Part shown: in pieces, positions 23,996 through 24,000 of the stretch
How the letters are laid out: each line of letters starts with the position of its first letter
Position numbering within the stretch: the stretch's first letter is position 1
Assembly: GCA_036277175.1 (NCBI GenBank)
Contig: DASUNL010000304.1
Location: 1 to 24,000 of the forward strand
DNA: 24,000 bases
Source of the DNA: Pyrinomonadaceae bacterium
GTDB lineage: Bacteria > Acidobacteriota > Blastocatellia > Pyrinomonadales > Pyrinomonadaceae
Direction: 5' to 3'
Notes under the pieces: model-generated
Databases searched by the model: none
What the model saw: the letters and a program-made list of their open reading frames with translations, nothing else
What the model was told of the DNA's origin: nothing
Made by a program: the position numbers and the translations under genes

Positions 23996-24000
23996 GAACT

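Overview
GC-rich (by eye about two-thirds G+C) bacterial chromosomal segment. It is densely coded on both strands, most genes have strong GGAGG/AAGGAG Shine-Dalgarno sites, and many long antisense shadow ORFs are discounted. The host is diderm (lpxA and lpxD present) and encodes a PEP-CTERM protein and a giant kinase-cyclase-AAA-TPR sensor, which suggests an Acidobacteriota-like soil bacterium (inference only). Gene content in order: kynureninase 3' end, small secreted protein, panE, ABC exporter, SAM methyltransferase plus GNAT, tryptophan 2,3-dioxygenase, benzoate-CoA-ligase-family enzyme, 4HBT thioesterase, PEP-CTERM protein, lpxA / 50-aa TM micro-ORF / lpxD operon, an unlisted 50-aa SmtA/BmtA-type metallothionein, a 656-aa multi-cluster radical SAM enzyme, secreted Lys-rich protein, standalone HisKA (DHp-only) protein, tRNA-Gln(CUG), AraC regulator, 4-TM protein, PQQ-like beta-propeller, methyltransferase, and a 1440-aa Ser/Thr kinase / class III cyclase / AAA_16 / TPR protein. 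The best candidate for something new is the metallothionein plus Tes/GDGT-MAS-like radical SAM locus (11.6-14.0 kb). It has a near-consensus promoter and a structured leader, lies next to lipid A genes, and is a candidate bacterial membrane-spanning (brGDGT-type) lipid synthase. No CRISPR array, transposase, integrase or rRNA was seen. All family assignments come from motif recognition by eye; no database search was possible.
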